The notes under the pieces: model-generated
The model's input: the letters and a program-made list of their open reading frames with translations, nothing else
The model's database searches: none
What the model was told of the DNA's origin: nothing
Translations under genes and position numbers: made by a program
Shown: positions 17,856 to 25,658 of the stretch, piece after piece
Layout of the letters: the number at the start of each line of letters is the position of its first letter
How positions within the stretch are numbered: the stretch's first letter is position 1
Source of the DNA: a virus
Length of the DNA stretch: 34,052 bases
Virus genome (UHGV): UHGV-0211747
Reading direction: 5' to 3' (one strand)

Positions 17856-17916
17856 TACGCTTTGATGACACGGGTCGCATCCGCTTGGCTGGTCAAGTTT
17901 TACGTCGTTCCGGGAC
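17856..17916 (-). promoter_or_regulatory. Structured 5' leader of scaffold gene (candidate GP20-type cis RNA)
   Basis: GTC-CCGGAAC-GAC-GTAAAAC and GCGG-ATGCGAC-CCGT...AAAGCGT, whose loop can pair with downstream GCGT (pseudoknot-like), just before SD. Confidence 0.45.
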
Positions 17917-17928
17917 AAATTTGGGTAT

Positions 17929-17955
17929 GAAAAAAGCACGTCTTACAACGTGCTT
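17929..17955 (-). terminator. Intrinsic terminator after candidate immunity gene
   Basis: AAGCACGT-TGTAAG-ACGTGCTT-TTTT on minus strand. Confidence 0.75.
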
Positions 17956-17972
17956 GAATCAGCATTTTAGAA

Positions 17973-18063
17973 TAGCCCCGAATTTTCGGGGCTACCAGTA
18001 TATTGGTGAGTCCAATTTTGGACTCATTGAGTTTACCCGCTTTAGATGTCGCCAATTTTGGCG
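17973..18063. repeat. Three palindromes with constant AATTTT centre and different arms
   Basis: TAGCCCCG-AATTTT-CGGGGCTA 17973-17994; TGAGTCC-AATTTT-GGACTCA 18007-18026; CGCC-AATTTT-GGCG 18050-18063. Confidence 0.85.
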
Positions 18064-18066
18064 GTA

Positions 18067-18303
18067 TCAATACCACATGATGGTTTTTTTCTGTGGGACT
18101 TTTTCTTCACAGGCGAGTTCCTGCAATGTACGGATGGCGCGGCTCACATGGCTTTTGCACCATTCGTATCCTTCAGGGACAGTATACTGAGCTTCCCCTG
18201 TTTTCAAGTCAACCGACATCTCGCCCGCTGTTTCAGCGTCCTCCGGAACGAAATCACATGTGATACACTCGTCATCCCTTACGATGTTCAGCAATCTGAT
18301 CAT
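18067..18303 (-). CDS. Small protein, candidate immunity partner of minor capsid C-terminal domain
   Basis: 78 aa, AAGGAGG SD, overlaps 3' end of minor capsid gene. Confidence 0.7.
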   Translation of the reverse strand: MIRLLNIVRDDECITCDFVPEDAETAGEMSVDLKTGEAQYTVPEGYEWCKSHVSRAIRTLQELACEEKVPQKKTIMWY

Positions 18304-19852
18304 AGAACTTCTCAGCCTCCTTTTTGTAATTATACTTCTTGCTCGTTAAAATATGTGCCTCGTCCTGGGTGTAGCCACGTTTTACTAGATCGCGTTCCAT
18401 CACCTCATGATGGAGCAATGTAAGGTCATGTGCTTCCGGATTTCCGGCCATCAGCCGTCGCCACGATTCCGCTATCATAAAATCAGCGTCAAAGCGTCTG
18501 ACGGAGCCGTCTCCTAAATCGTGCTTCTCCATGAAAAGGTAATTTTTAATTTCTTGTATGGTCTTTTTTTCGTACCCAGTCGCCTTTGCTATTTTGGCAG
18601 CATCTGTTTTCATGCTTCTAACAAGACCATAATAGCGTTCTGCGTGTGCGACTGCTCTAGGGCTTTCGCTATCTGTAATTCTCGCTCCTGTTATTATACC
18701 ATTCCCGCCTGCCGTTGCAACACTTTTCTGCGCAAGGTGCGCATAGGAAACCGTTCTCTGCTTCTGCTGTTTCAGTCCGGTCTTGGCGCAAAAATCCTTG
18801 TACCGATCACTCCACAGTTTTACCTTAGCGGTGCTTTCCGTGGTGTCCAGCCCTGCCGCCTTCATGGCGTTGTTCTCCCGTTTCCAGCGGCGGATATTGC
18901 GTTCTATACTGCGCTGCGTTTGCTCCGCTTCGTACAAGCTCATCTTCTTGCCGTGGTACTCTACGGCGTCCGGCTTGGTGTACTCCTCCAACTCATCCCG
19001 GCTGTAGGCGCTGTTCTGCCCTGGAAAGTACGGGAAGAAGCTATGCCGGCAATTCCAGCCGCCTAAGCCTGCGCCGGTACCGTAGCCGGTTCCTTTGGCC
19101 AACGTCCGGTAGCCCGGCGTCTTGCCGGTCAGGCTGTACACCTTGCCCTGCCATTTGGCGTGGTCAGGCCGTGCGCCAGCGTGAGCGGTCACTTCCACTA
19201 GGTCGGTACCCATCTCCTCCACAAGCTGTTCCTGCATCCGCAAGGCGGTCTGATTGACACCGGTGCGCAGCGCTCTGGTCACGGCAACCTCCAATGTCTC
19301 GCTCCGTCCCGTTGAGTAGGCGACTGCCTGGATCCCCGCTTTGCACAGGCTCTTGATCGCCTGCCGTGTAGCGGACTGTGGATCCATCGCTCCGGTGCTG
19401 ACCTGGAGCCACGCCAGATCAAGCGCTTTTTCAAACTGCCTGGTTGCCGTTTGAGCGGTCGTTTTGGTCAGGTTTTCAAACAGTCCCGCCGTTTGTTTCA
19501 GCCCAGCGCGGATGATTTTCCGCATCTGTGGGCTTATTTTTTCCGGAACGGTTTTCCCTGCCTGCTCATAGATCGCTCCATCGCTGCTGCGTGTCTCTCG
19601 CACTCCGGCCTCCATGATCTTTTCGATCTCCTGCCGGGTTTTTCCGGTGCGTTTGGACAGCTCAGCAATAATTTGCTGACGGGTCACGCCCATCACGGTG
19701 AGTTTCTCTTCCTGGTACTGCGCCGCCGGAATGTAAAAATCATATGTGCTGATACGTCTCGCCATATCATCCAGGATGGTGCTTTCCGTCTCAGCGTACA
19801 GCGCCGTCATCTGGGTCGTGCAGCGCGCCAGCCATTTAGGGGAAAGCATCAA
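18272..19852 (-). CDS. Minor capsid protein (MuF/A118 Gp4-like) with toxin-like C-terminal extension
   Basis: Follows portal; EVTAHAGARPDH..WQGKVY, GWNCRHSFFPY, QRSIERNIRRWKRE; ~140-aa AT-richer tail with HHEVME...EAH...YNY. Confidence 0.88.
   Translation of the reverse strand: MMLSPKWLARCTTQMTALYAETESTILDDMARRISTYDFYIPAAQYQEEKLTVMGVTRQQIIAELSKRTGKTRQEIEKIMEAGVRETRSSDGAIYEQAGKTVPEKISPQMRKIIRAGLKQTAGLFENLTKTTAQTATRQFEKALDLAWLQVSTGAMDPQSATRQAIKSLCKAGIQAVAYSTGRSETLEVAVTRALRTGVNQTALRMQEQLVEEMGTDLVEVTAHAGARPDHAKWQGKVYSLTGKTPGYRTLAKGTGYGTGAGLGGWNCRHSFFPYFPGQNSAYSRDELEEYTKPDAVEYHGKKMSLYEAEQTQRSIERNIRRWKRENNAMKAAGLDTTESTAKVKLWSDRYKDFCAKTGLKQQKQRTVSYAHLAQKSVATAGGNGIITGARITDSESPRAVAHAERYYGLVRSMKTDAAKIAKATGYEKKTIQEIKNYLFMEKHDLGDGSVRRFDADFMIAESWRRLMAGNPEAHDLTLLHHEVMERDLVKRGYTQDEAHILTSKKYNYKKEAEKFYDQIAEHRKG
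18693..18720 (-). promoter_or_regulatory. Internal sigma-A promoter in minor capsid linker codons
   Basis: TTGCAA (18720-18715), 16 bp, TG-G-TATAAT (-10 at 18698-18693), encoded by VATAGGNGII. Confidence 0.7.
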
Positions 19853-21330
19853 GCGCCTCCAAAGAGCAGGTCATCATCGGACGTTCCCTCCTCCGCCGCC
19901 TCCTGGACAGCTCTCTTGGCTTCCTCCTCGCTCATGCCCCGCCACTCCATGTTGTAGCGGTATTTGGGAAGGAACCCAGACAGGCAATCGTCCTTGTCCT
20001 GCTGACGGCGGGTTTCAGCGGCGGATATGTAACTGTCATCAAAGTTGATGGTCAGCTGTGCGTCCGGGTTGACGGGCTGTCCCAGGATGGTCTTTCCCGC
20101 CCAGAGCAGCGTGCGGAAGAAGGTCAGCAACGCCGCCTCGATCTGAATCTGGTGCCGGTTGGCGTGCTGCACCATGTCCTGCCGGTCGCCGATGTACTGG
20201 GTCGCCGTGGCAATGGAGCCGTTGCGGCTGAACTGGTAGTGATGGGTGCCCAGCCCGACCTTGAAGCTGTAATAATCCAAAGCGTCCTGCACTGCTTGGC
20301 TGTTGTCGCTAACCCGCAGGTCAGGGTTGTACTCGTGCCAGTCGTCCCTATCTGGGTCACCGGAGGTCTGCACGAACAACTGCTGCCGGATGCTGTCCGG
20401 CGCGATCAGGTGCAGTTGACCGTCCATTCCGGCCACTGGCTGCAATAGTTCCTTGTTGTAAAACACTTTCTTGCCGCCAAGATACAAGTCCCGACAGTAG
20501 TTGTCAAAGGCTAGGTCGCACTGTCTCGCCTGATCTAGCGCCTCGGCAAACACGGCCATGCCCAGCCCAGTACCTCCGTCCAGGTTTTTCAACTGGGCGG
20601 GAGAGAAAAGGGCAAACCACGGGTGATCACTGCCGGTGTAGAAGCTAGGCAGCATCCCCTTGGGCAGTTCCGCCGGTCGATAGATCGCCCTGCCTTCTTC
20701 TTCCTGGGCGGTATAGTATTCGTTTGTGATTTGATATCCTCGGCCAGTCAGCTGGTGGGTCTGCAAGTAAACATAGCTCTTGCCCTGATCCATCACCACG
20801 CTGGCAAAAGCACACTCTGTCACCTTGCCGTGTTTGATACTGATGGGAAGAATGCACTCAGCGGGCAGGTATTCCACCCAGAGTTGTGCTTCCGGCGATA
20901 CCAGCACATTTTGGTTCGCCACTGTAAGCCCATCCACTGTGAGCACAAACGCCCCAGTGCCCGACCGGAACGCCAGCTCCACCAACCGGTTGGCATTCCG
21001 CCAGAAGTCCAGCCGTCCCAGCAAACCGCCAGTCTGCTGCCCCTCCGGCCCCACCAGCCAAGCGGAAGACGCCGCGTCCTCTACCGTCACCGTGGTCTTA
21101 TCCCCCAGCAGCAACGCCGCCCAGTCCTCACACGCCTGCTTCGGCATCCGCAGCCGGTACATAGGGCGCTTGTGACGCTGGCCATCTGCCCCGATACAGG
21201 GCACGTCGTGGAAGTCGGGGTAGTTGCCCTGCCACCACTGCCGCCACTGGTCGATGTAGGCGTAGTAGCTGCCTTGGAGGTTCCACCCCTTCTCCCGATT
21301 CAAATATCCGATAAATTGTACAATGTTCAT
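19849..21330 (-). CDS. Portal protein (A118/SPP1-like)
   Basis: 493 aa between TerL and minor capsid; GLGMAVFA, YNPDLR, TATQY, INFDDS, GMSEEEA. Confidence 0.9.
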   Translation of the reverse strand: MNIVQFIGYLNREKGWNLQGSYYAYIDQWRQWWQGNYPDFHDVPCIGADGQRHKRPMYRLRMPKQACEDWAALLLGDKTTVTVEDAASSAWLVGPEGQQTGGLLGRLDFWRNANRLVELAFRSGTGAFVLTVDGLTVANQNVLVSPEAQLWVEYLPAECILPISIKHGKVTECAFASVVMDQGKSYVYLQTHQLTGRGYQITNEYYTAQEEEGRAIYRPAELPKGMLPSFYTGSDHPWFALFSPAQLKNLDGGTGLGMAVFAEALDQARQCDLAFDNYCRDLYLGGKKVFYNKELLQPVAGMDGQLHLIAPDSIRQQLFVQTSGDPDRDDWHEYNPDLRVSDNSQAVQDALDYYSFKVGLGTHHYQFSRNGSIATATQYIGDRQDMVQHANRHQIQIEAALLTFFRTLLWAGKTILGQPVNPDAQLTINFDDSYISAAETRRQQDKDDCLSGFLPKYRYNMEWRGMSEEEAKRAVQEAAEEGTSDDDLLFGGA

Positions 21331-22577
21331 GCGTTCATCCTCAAAAGAGAGCGATATTCTCGCTCAATGGTGTACTCGAATGCGTCCAGGGTGTCGATGT
21401 CCGTGGTTCCGTCGTCCAGGCGTTCGTCCTGCCCTGGGCGCTTCCCACTCCACAAAGCTGTAGCCAGAGCGTCTGCCAGGGTCTGCGCCGCTGGCAGCAC
21501 AAAAAAACGACCGCCGCCCATGAGTAGGGAGGTCAGTCGGATGCGGTCTAGGATAGGCGCCTTCCGGGCGTTGTGCACCCGACTGGACAGCCAGGCAAAG
21601 GGAGACGCCCGAAGTGACGAGCGCAGGGACTGGATGAGCACCTGCTCGGCGTTGTCGCAGTAGACAGCGTGGATCTCACCCCACTTGGCGAAGACCGCCT
21701 GGCAGAACGCCAGAAATGCCAGGCACAGCGCCGTGGCGTCCTGCCCCTGGGCATCCACCCGCTGGGACGCCAGCCCCACGATACCCTCATAACCGGGCAG
21801 AATCCCCGTGGCCACAAAGGCGTGCTTGGAGCCGTTGCCGCCGAAGTCCACTCCGATCTGCACTCGCCAGGGGCGCAAGGACTGGTCAGGCGGCCAGTAA
21901 AACCGGCGGTCGCCAGCGGCAATGCTGTCGGCGAAGGGACGGTAGATGATGCCTTCCGCTGCCATCCACTGCCCCAGGATAAAGCGGTTGTAATACACTG
22001 TCCCGGCGTACTCTCGCTTCAGATTCTCCACAAACTCTGTGGGTAAAAACGGGTTGTCATCAATGGTGGAGGTCTGACAGAATACATCAGCGTCACTGTC
22101 GATGAAGGTCTTGACGAAATGGTGTGGGTCTGCCGGGTTGGCCGTGCCGTCAAAATAGCTGTGGGCGCAGCGAAGGCGGCTCTTGAGCATCTGGAACACC
22201 TCTTCGTGCCAGGTGGTCATCTCATCGCCATAGGCATACTCGATGGTCATGCCCTGGATCCGCGCCACATGCTTCCGGTTGTCTGCGCCCAGGATATGCA
22301 CCCGCCGCCCAAAGAGCTGCGCCGTGTTATCCGAACTGATGTTGCCCACCAGCCCTTCTCCCCAGATGTCCCGCATGGGCTCCAGGATGTTGCGAGCCAG
22401 TGTGCCTTGGGTGTTGCCCAGCATCACCGCTGCCCCCTGTCCACGGAGGGCACAGAGCCGCTTGGGGATGACCACCGCATAGTCCAGCCAGCTCTTGCCG
22501 CTGCCGGTAGCTCCGATCTTCAGGTTCCACCTGTGATTGCAGTGGGTCAGATATTCCCGCTGTTTAGTCGATAGCAC
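21327..22577 (-). CDS. terL: Terminase large subunit (PBSX-like)
   Basis: Walker A GATGSGKS, YAYGDE Walker B, GTANP, GVDFG and DTLDAFEY nuclease motifs; GTG start. Confidence 0.93.
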   Translation of the reverse strand: MLSTKQREYLTHCNHRWNLKIGATGSGKSWLDYAVVIPKRLCALRGQGAAVMLGNTQGTLARNILEPMRDIWGEGLVGNISSDNTAQLFGRRVHILGADNRKHVARIQGMTIEYAYGDEMTTWHEEVFQMLKSRLRCAHSYFDGTANPADPHHFVKTFIDSDADVFCQTSTIDDNPFLPTEFVENLKREYAGTVYYNRFILGQWMAAEGIIYRPFADSIAAGDRRFYWPPDQSLRPWRVQIGVDFGGNGSKHAFVATGILPGYEGIVGLASQRVDAQGQDATALCLAFLAFCQAVFAKWGEIHAVYCDNAEQVLIQSLRSSLRASPFAWLSSRVHNARKAPILDRIRLTSLLMGGGRFFVLPAAQTLADALATALWSGKRPGQDERLDDGTTDIDTLDAFEYTIEREYRSLLRMNA

Positions 22578-22938
22578 TGTCAATCCCCTCCAATAGCTCC
22601 TTGGCCTTTTGCAGGGCTGTGCGCTCGTCCCCATCGTCCCCCAGCATCTCTAGGATGACCTTGGCTGCACGGGCGTCCCCGGCGGTCGCCGCCTCGGTCA
22701 GCCCCACGACCATGGCCATCTGGTTGTCGATGTCCTCCGGATCCAGCGCTCTGCGCTTGAGCTTGTTCAGTCGCCGCTTGTCCGTTACTGGCAGGGACAG
22801 ATACAGATCAGCCGCCTCTTTTAGGCTCTTTTTCCGCCGTCGGGCAGCGCCGGAAGCAATGCCGCCTTTTCGGGCGATTTCTCTTTGTTCGTCCTTTGTT
22901 CGTTCATCCAGCGGGATGAGGTTTTCCTTGTTCGCCAC
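22564..22938 (-). CDS. terS: Terminase small subunit
   Basis: ANKENLIP...REIARKGGIASGAARRRKK; overlaps terL start. Confidence 0.75.
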   Translation of the reverse strand: MANKENLIPLDERTKDEQREIARKGGIASGAARRRKKSLKEAADLYLSLPVTDKRRLNKLKRRALDPEDIDNQMAMVVGLTEAATAGDARAAKVILEMLGDDGDERTALQKAKELLEGIDSAID

Positions 22939-23105
22939 AACTTCCTGCGCCTCCTTTCCAGGCATAAAAGTGGCGCAAGCTCCGCGAAGCTCACGCCTGA
23001 TTGGTGCCGGATAACCCGCCGGTCCGGGGCTGTCTTTCCAACTGTCAAAAAGTCCGCCATAGGCGGGCTTATCAGCGTAGTCCGCAAACATACGCCTCAA
23101 TTACC

Positions 23106-23178
23106 TGGTACTCCCGGTGGGACTCGCACCCACGACCTTACGATATGGCCGCATACTTTGCTGCTGAGCTACGGGAGT
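23106..23178 (-). tRNA. Degenerate tRNA-like element (CAT in a shortened anticodon loop)
   Basis: ACTCCCG/CGGGAGT acceptor + A-CCA, TAGCTCAG, T-arm GTGGG-TGCGAGT-CCCAC; anticodon stem TGCGG/TCGTA with 5-nt loop CCATA. Confidence 0.65.
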
Positions 23179-23364
23179 GTGATCCCTGCCAAAACGGCGG
23201 CAGAACATACGCTCCGCCGCCATCTCGGAAAGGGTGAGAAGAAAGAAAAAGGGGTTATCCTGCATCCTGTTGGGGCGGCAGGAAAATAGCCGCCCCGTAT
23301 ACCACAGGAGGTGCCCCTCGGCGACACTGCTTACCGCCTGCCGCTTTGGGATGATACTATTTTC

Positions 23365-23823
23365 TCACACTTTTTTGGCTGTTTGGTATGACGTTCTTTT
23401 TTTGGGGACCTTTTCGCGTGGGATAAGCCGCCTATAGTACGCCACCAGCCGGATAAATTCCCCGTGGATTTCTTTCGCTCGCTGTATAGAGTACCCAACC
23501 TCATAGGCCGCTCCCTCAATGGTCTTCCAGTAGCGTTTCCAGTAGATCAGCTCGATGAGCTTCAGCCGTGCCTGGCCGGTTTCCGTCTGCACCGTCTCGT
23601 CAATTGCCGCCTTGATAGCCAGATAGACCTTGTAGTCACCGTCGTACAAGCGCTGTAATGCCGCCGTCTCCGTCGTGCGGCCTGGGGCGCTATCGTGACC
23701 TCCCCCCTCTGCATATCTCACCGTCAGCGCCACGTCAGGCGTCTCATAGCGCTGTTTGAGCTTCGGGTAGGCTCGCAGGGCGGCCTGTATGCTGCCCCAC
23801 CACCAGTATCTCGGTTTGCTCAC
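23365..23823 (-). CDS. Late transcriptional activator (RinA/ArpU-like)
   Basis: Last gene before packaging module; C-terminal LIELIYWK...IEGAAYEVGYS HTH. Confidence 0.7.
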   Translation of the reverse strand: MSKPRYWWWGSIQAALRAYPKLKQRYETPDVALTVRYAEGGGHDSAPGRTTETAALQRLYDGDYKVYLAIKAAIDETVQTETGQARLKLIELIYWKRYWKTIEGAAYEVGYSIQRAKEIHGEFIRLVAYYRRLIPREKVPKKRTSYQTAKKV

Positions 23824-23836
23824 CGCTGCACCTCCG

Positions 23837-24193
23837 TCAAATCACGTTGTTATCAATCCACTCGTACCGCTGCTCGAACGGCACGAATTTTTCACCGCAC
23901 ACTCGCTTGAGCGCCTCGTCAAATTTGCTCCGTACATATCCGATCTCGGACGTTTTGTCCCCGGGCTTCGGGGCAGCGGTGACGTCCCACCATTTCTCCA
24001 ACTCGGCGTTGAGTGCCCGGTTAAACCGTTCCAGTCGCTCCTGCCCAAATCCAAACTCATTGTTGAGTACCAGCAAGGCACAATCGCCGATGTAGTTTAC
24101 CATCGTGTCCTGCATGGCCTGCTTTTCTATGAGTTTGTATTTCAGTGCCATTTCCTTCGGGTTGTCGCAAAATCGGCGCTTTCTTTTTGTCAT
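23837..24193 (-). CDS. Hypothetical phage protein
   Basis: Coupled ORF with LNNEFGFGQERLERF motif; GAGGTG SD. Confidence 0.7.
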   Translation of the reverse strand: MTKRKRRFCDNPKEMALKYKLIEKQAMQDTMVNYIGDCALLVLNNEFGFGQERLERFNRALNAELEKWWDVTAAPKPGDKTSEIGYVRSKFDEALKRVCGEKFVPFEQRYEWIDNNVI

Positions 24194-24720
24194 CAGCTCA
24201 CCTCTCTCGCCTTGTACTGCCCATAGCTCAACCCCAACTCCGCCGCCCTAGCAGCGTCCAGAGACAGCGGACTCAGTGCCCTATGCCGCTGGTATGTACG
24301 CTCCACACCGCAGGTGCGGGCATGGCCGGTCTCCTGGAGGCAGGTGCAGTACATCGTCAGGCTTTTCGCGTTATCCATGTGCTGCCAGTGGGGGCAGCCC
24401 TTGCACGGGTTTGCGGCTCGTGCAACTACAGATCTTGGCGGTTTCTTTTTTGCCGGCTTCTTCGGCTTCACGGGGTTTGCGCACCGCCGCTTGCGCCGTT
24501 CTTCCGCCTGTTCTTGTCGGACTTCGTCTCGTCTGGCTTGCAGTTCATCCGGAGCGGCGTGCACGAGCCACTCCAACCGGGCTTTGTATGCGTCTGACGG
24601 CCTGATCTGGTTGCGTTCCCACTTGCTCACAGCGTTTTGTGTCGTGCCGACCAACTGCGCAAGCTGGTACTGCGACATCTGCTTCTGCGCCCGGAATGCC
24701 CTAATCTCTGCTCCTGTCAT
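24193..24720 (-). CDS. XRE HTH protein with Cys-rich C-terminus
   Basis: MSQYQLAQLVGTTQNAVSKWER; CKGC, CTC; ELGLSYGQY. Confidence 0.75.
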   Translation of the reverse strand: MTGAEIRAFRAQKQMSQYQLAQLVGTTQNAVSKWERNQIRPSDAYKARLEWLVHAAPDELQARRDEVRQEQAEERRKRRCANPVKPKKPAKKKPPRSVVARAANPCKGCPHWQHMDNAKSLTMYCTCLQETGHARTCGVERTYQRHRALSPLSLDAARAAELGLSYGQYKAREVS

Positions 24721-24908
24721 GTCTCATCCTCCTCTGGTGGTGTCGCAGTCCAGACCCACAAGGGCAATGATCCTGGTTTGTACACCGCCAGGATCAGACG
24801 CCTGTAGTAGACGCAGTGCGCCATCCGTCCCCACTGCTGAGTGATCCCATGCCTGCACACCGCACGGTGCTGGCATGTGTCGCATAGGTTACGCTTTGTC
24901 ATCGTCAT
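24717..24908 (-). CDS. Small Cys-rich hypothetical protein
   Basis: CDTC...C; overlaps neighbours; GAGGGG SD. Confidence 0.55.
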   Translation of the reverse strand: MTMTKRNLCDTCQHRAVCRHGITQQWGRMAHCVYYRRLILAVYKPGSLPLWVWTATPPEEDET

Positions 24909-25101
24909 GCCCCCTCAGTATCCGCAAACACTCCTGATAGCCTTCGATCTTCCCGGTCGCCAGATTCAATTCGCTCTCCGTCTCCAGCAGGATGTCTTTG
25001 GTCGCTTCCAGGTTTGCTTTTAGTATTTCGTTCTCTCGGTCGAGATGCTTCACATTCGCTTTCAAAATGTCGCAGCGCCGTTTCAGTTCTGCATAGTTCA
25101 T
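24889..25101 (-). CDS. Small coiled-coil protein
   Basis: GGAGG SD, heptad pattern. Confidence 0.65.
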   Translation of the reverse strand: MNYAELKRRCDILKANVKHLDRENEILKANLEATKDILLETESELNLATGKIEGYQECLRILRGHDDDKA

Positions 25102-25452
25102 TCATCCTACCTCCCTCACTCTGATCCCGTACCGGTACAGCATCAGCTTGCGCTTGATGACGTACTTGGCATAGCCAGCGGACGCGGGATCCCGGTAGCC
25201 TTTCACGTCTTCCACGACGGTCTCCCCGTCCTGGGTATAAACAAAATCGGCGATGTAATACAGCGGTCGTTCCACGCACTTTCCGTTGAGTCGCTGGCTG
25301 GGCAGCAGCTCGTACTTGACCTGCCGCCGCAGCTCGCTGATCTTCCCCGCCCGCTGCAAGATCATCAGCTCCTGATAGCGTCGGTACTCCCGGCGGGAGT
25401 CGAAGGTCCCGTGCGGTGTCACGACCTTCTGGTTTCGGTATTTGTTCGTCAT
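25102..25452 (-). CDS. DUF1064-like PD-(D/E)xK nuclease
   Basis: NKYRNQKV...FDSRRE, YIADFVY, VVEDVKG. Confidence 0.85.
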   Translation of the reverse strand: MTNKYRNQKVVTPHGTFDSRREYRRYQELMILQRAGKISELRRQVKYELLPSQRLNGKCVERPLYYIADFVYTQDGETVVEDVKGYRDPASAGYAKYVIKRKLMLYRYGIRVREVG

Positions 25453-25658
25453 GTATCCTCCTCGTTCTCTGTGTTCTTGTCTGCCTTCTATGCTCCGAAA
25501 AACGCATTTCCGACTAATCATGCCTGTTCCAGCGTGTTTCTGCACAGCGTCCAAAATCGCCACTTGTTCCCGCGTTTTTTTCGCTATGTAGTTTCATGGC
25601 TAGCTATTCAAACGTCTATCCTGCACTCACATACAGCCTCTGGCGGCATACTGCATGT

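Noticed and set aside
17973..18063. Mini CRISPR array
   Set aside because: Units are not identical repeats, gaps are only 12-23 bp, no cas genes
25453..25658. Gene in gap between initiator and DUF1064 genes
   Set aside because: Only short ORFs without convincing SD
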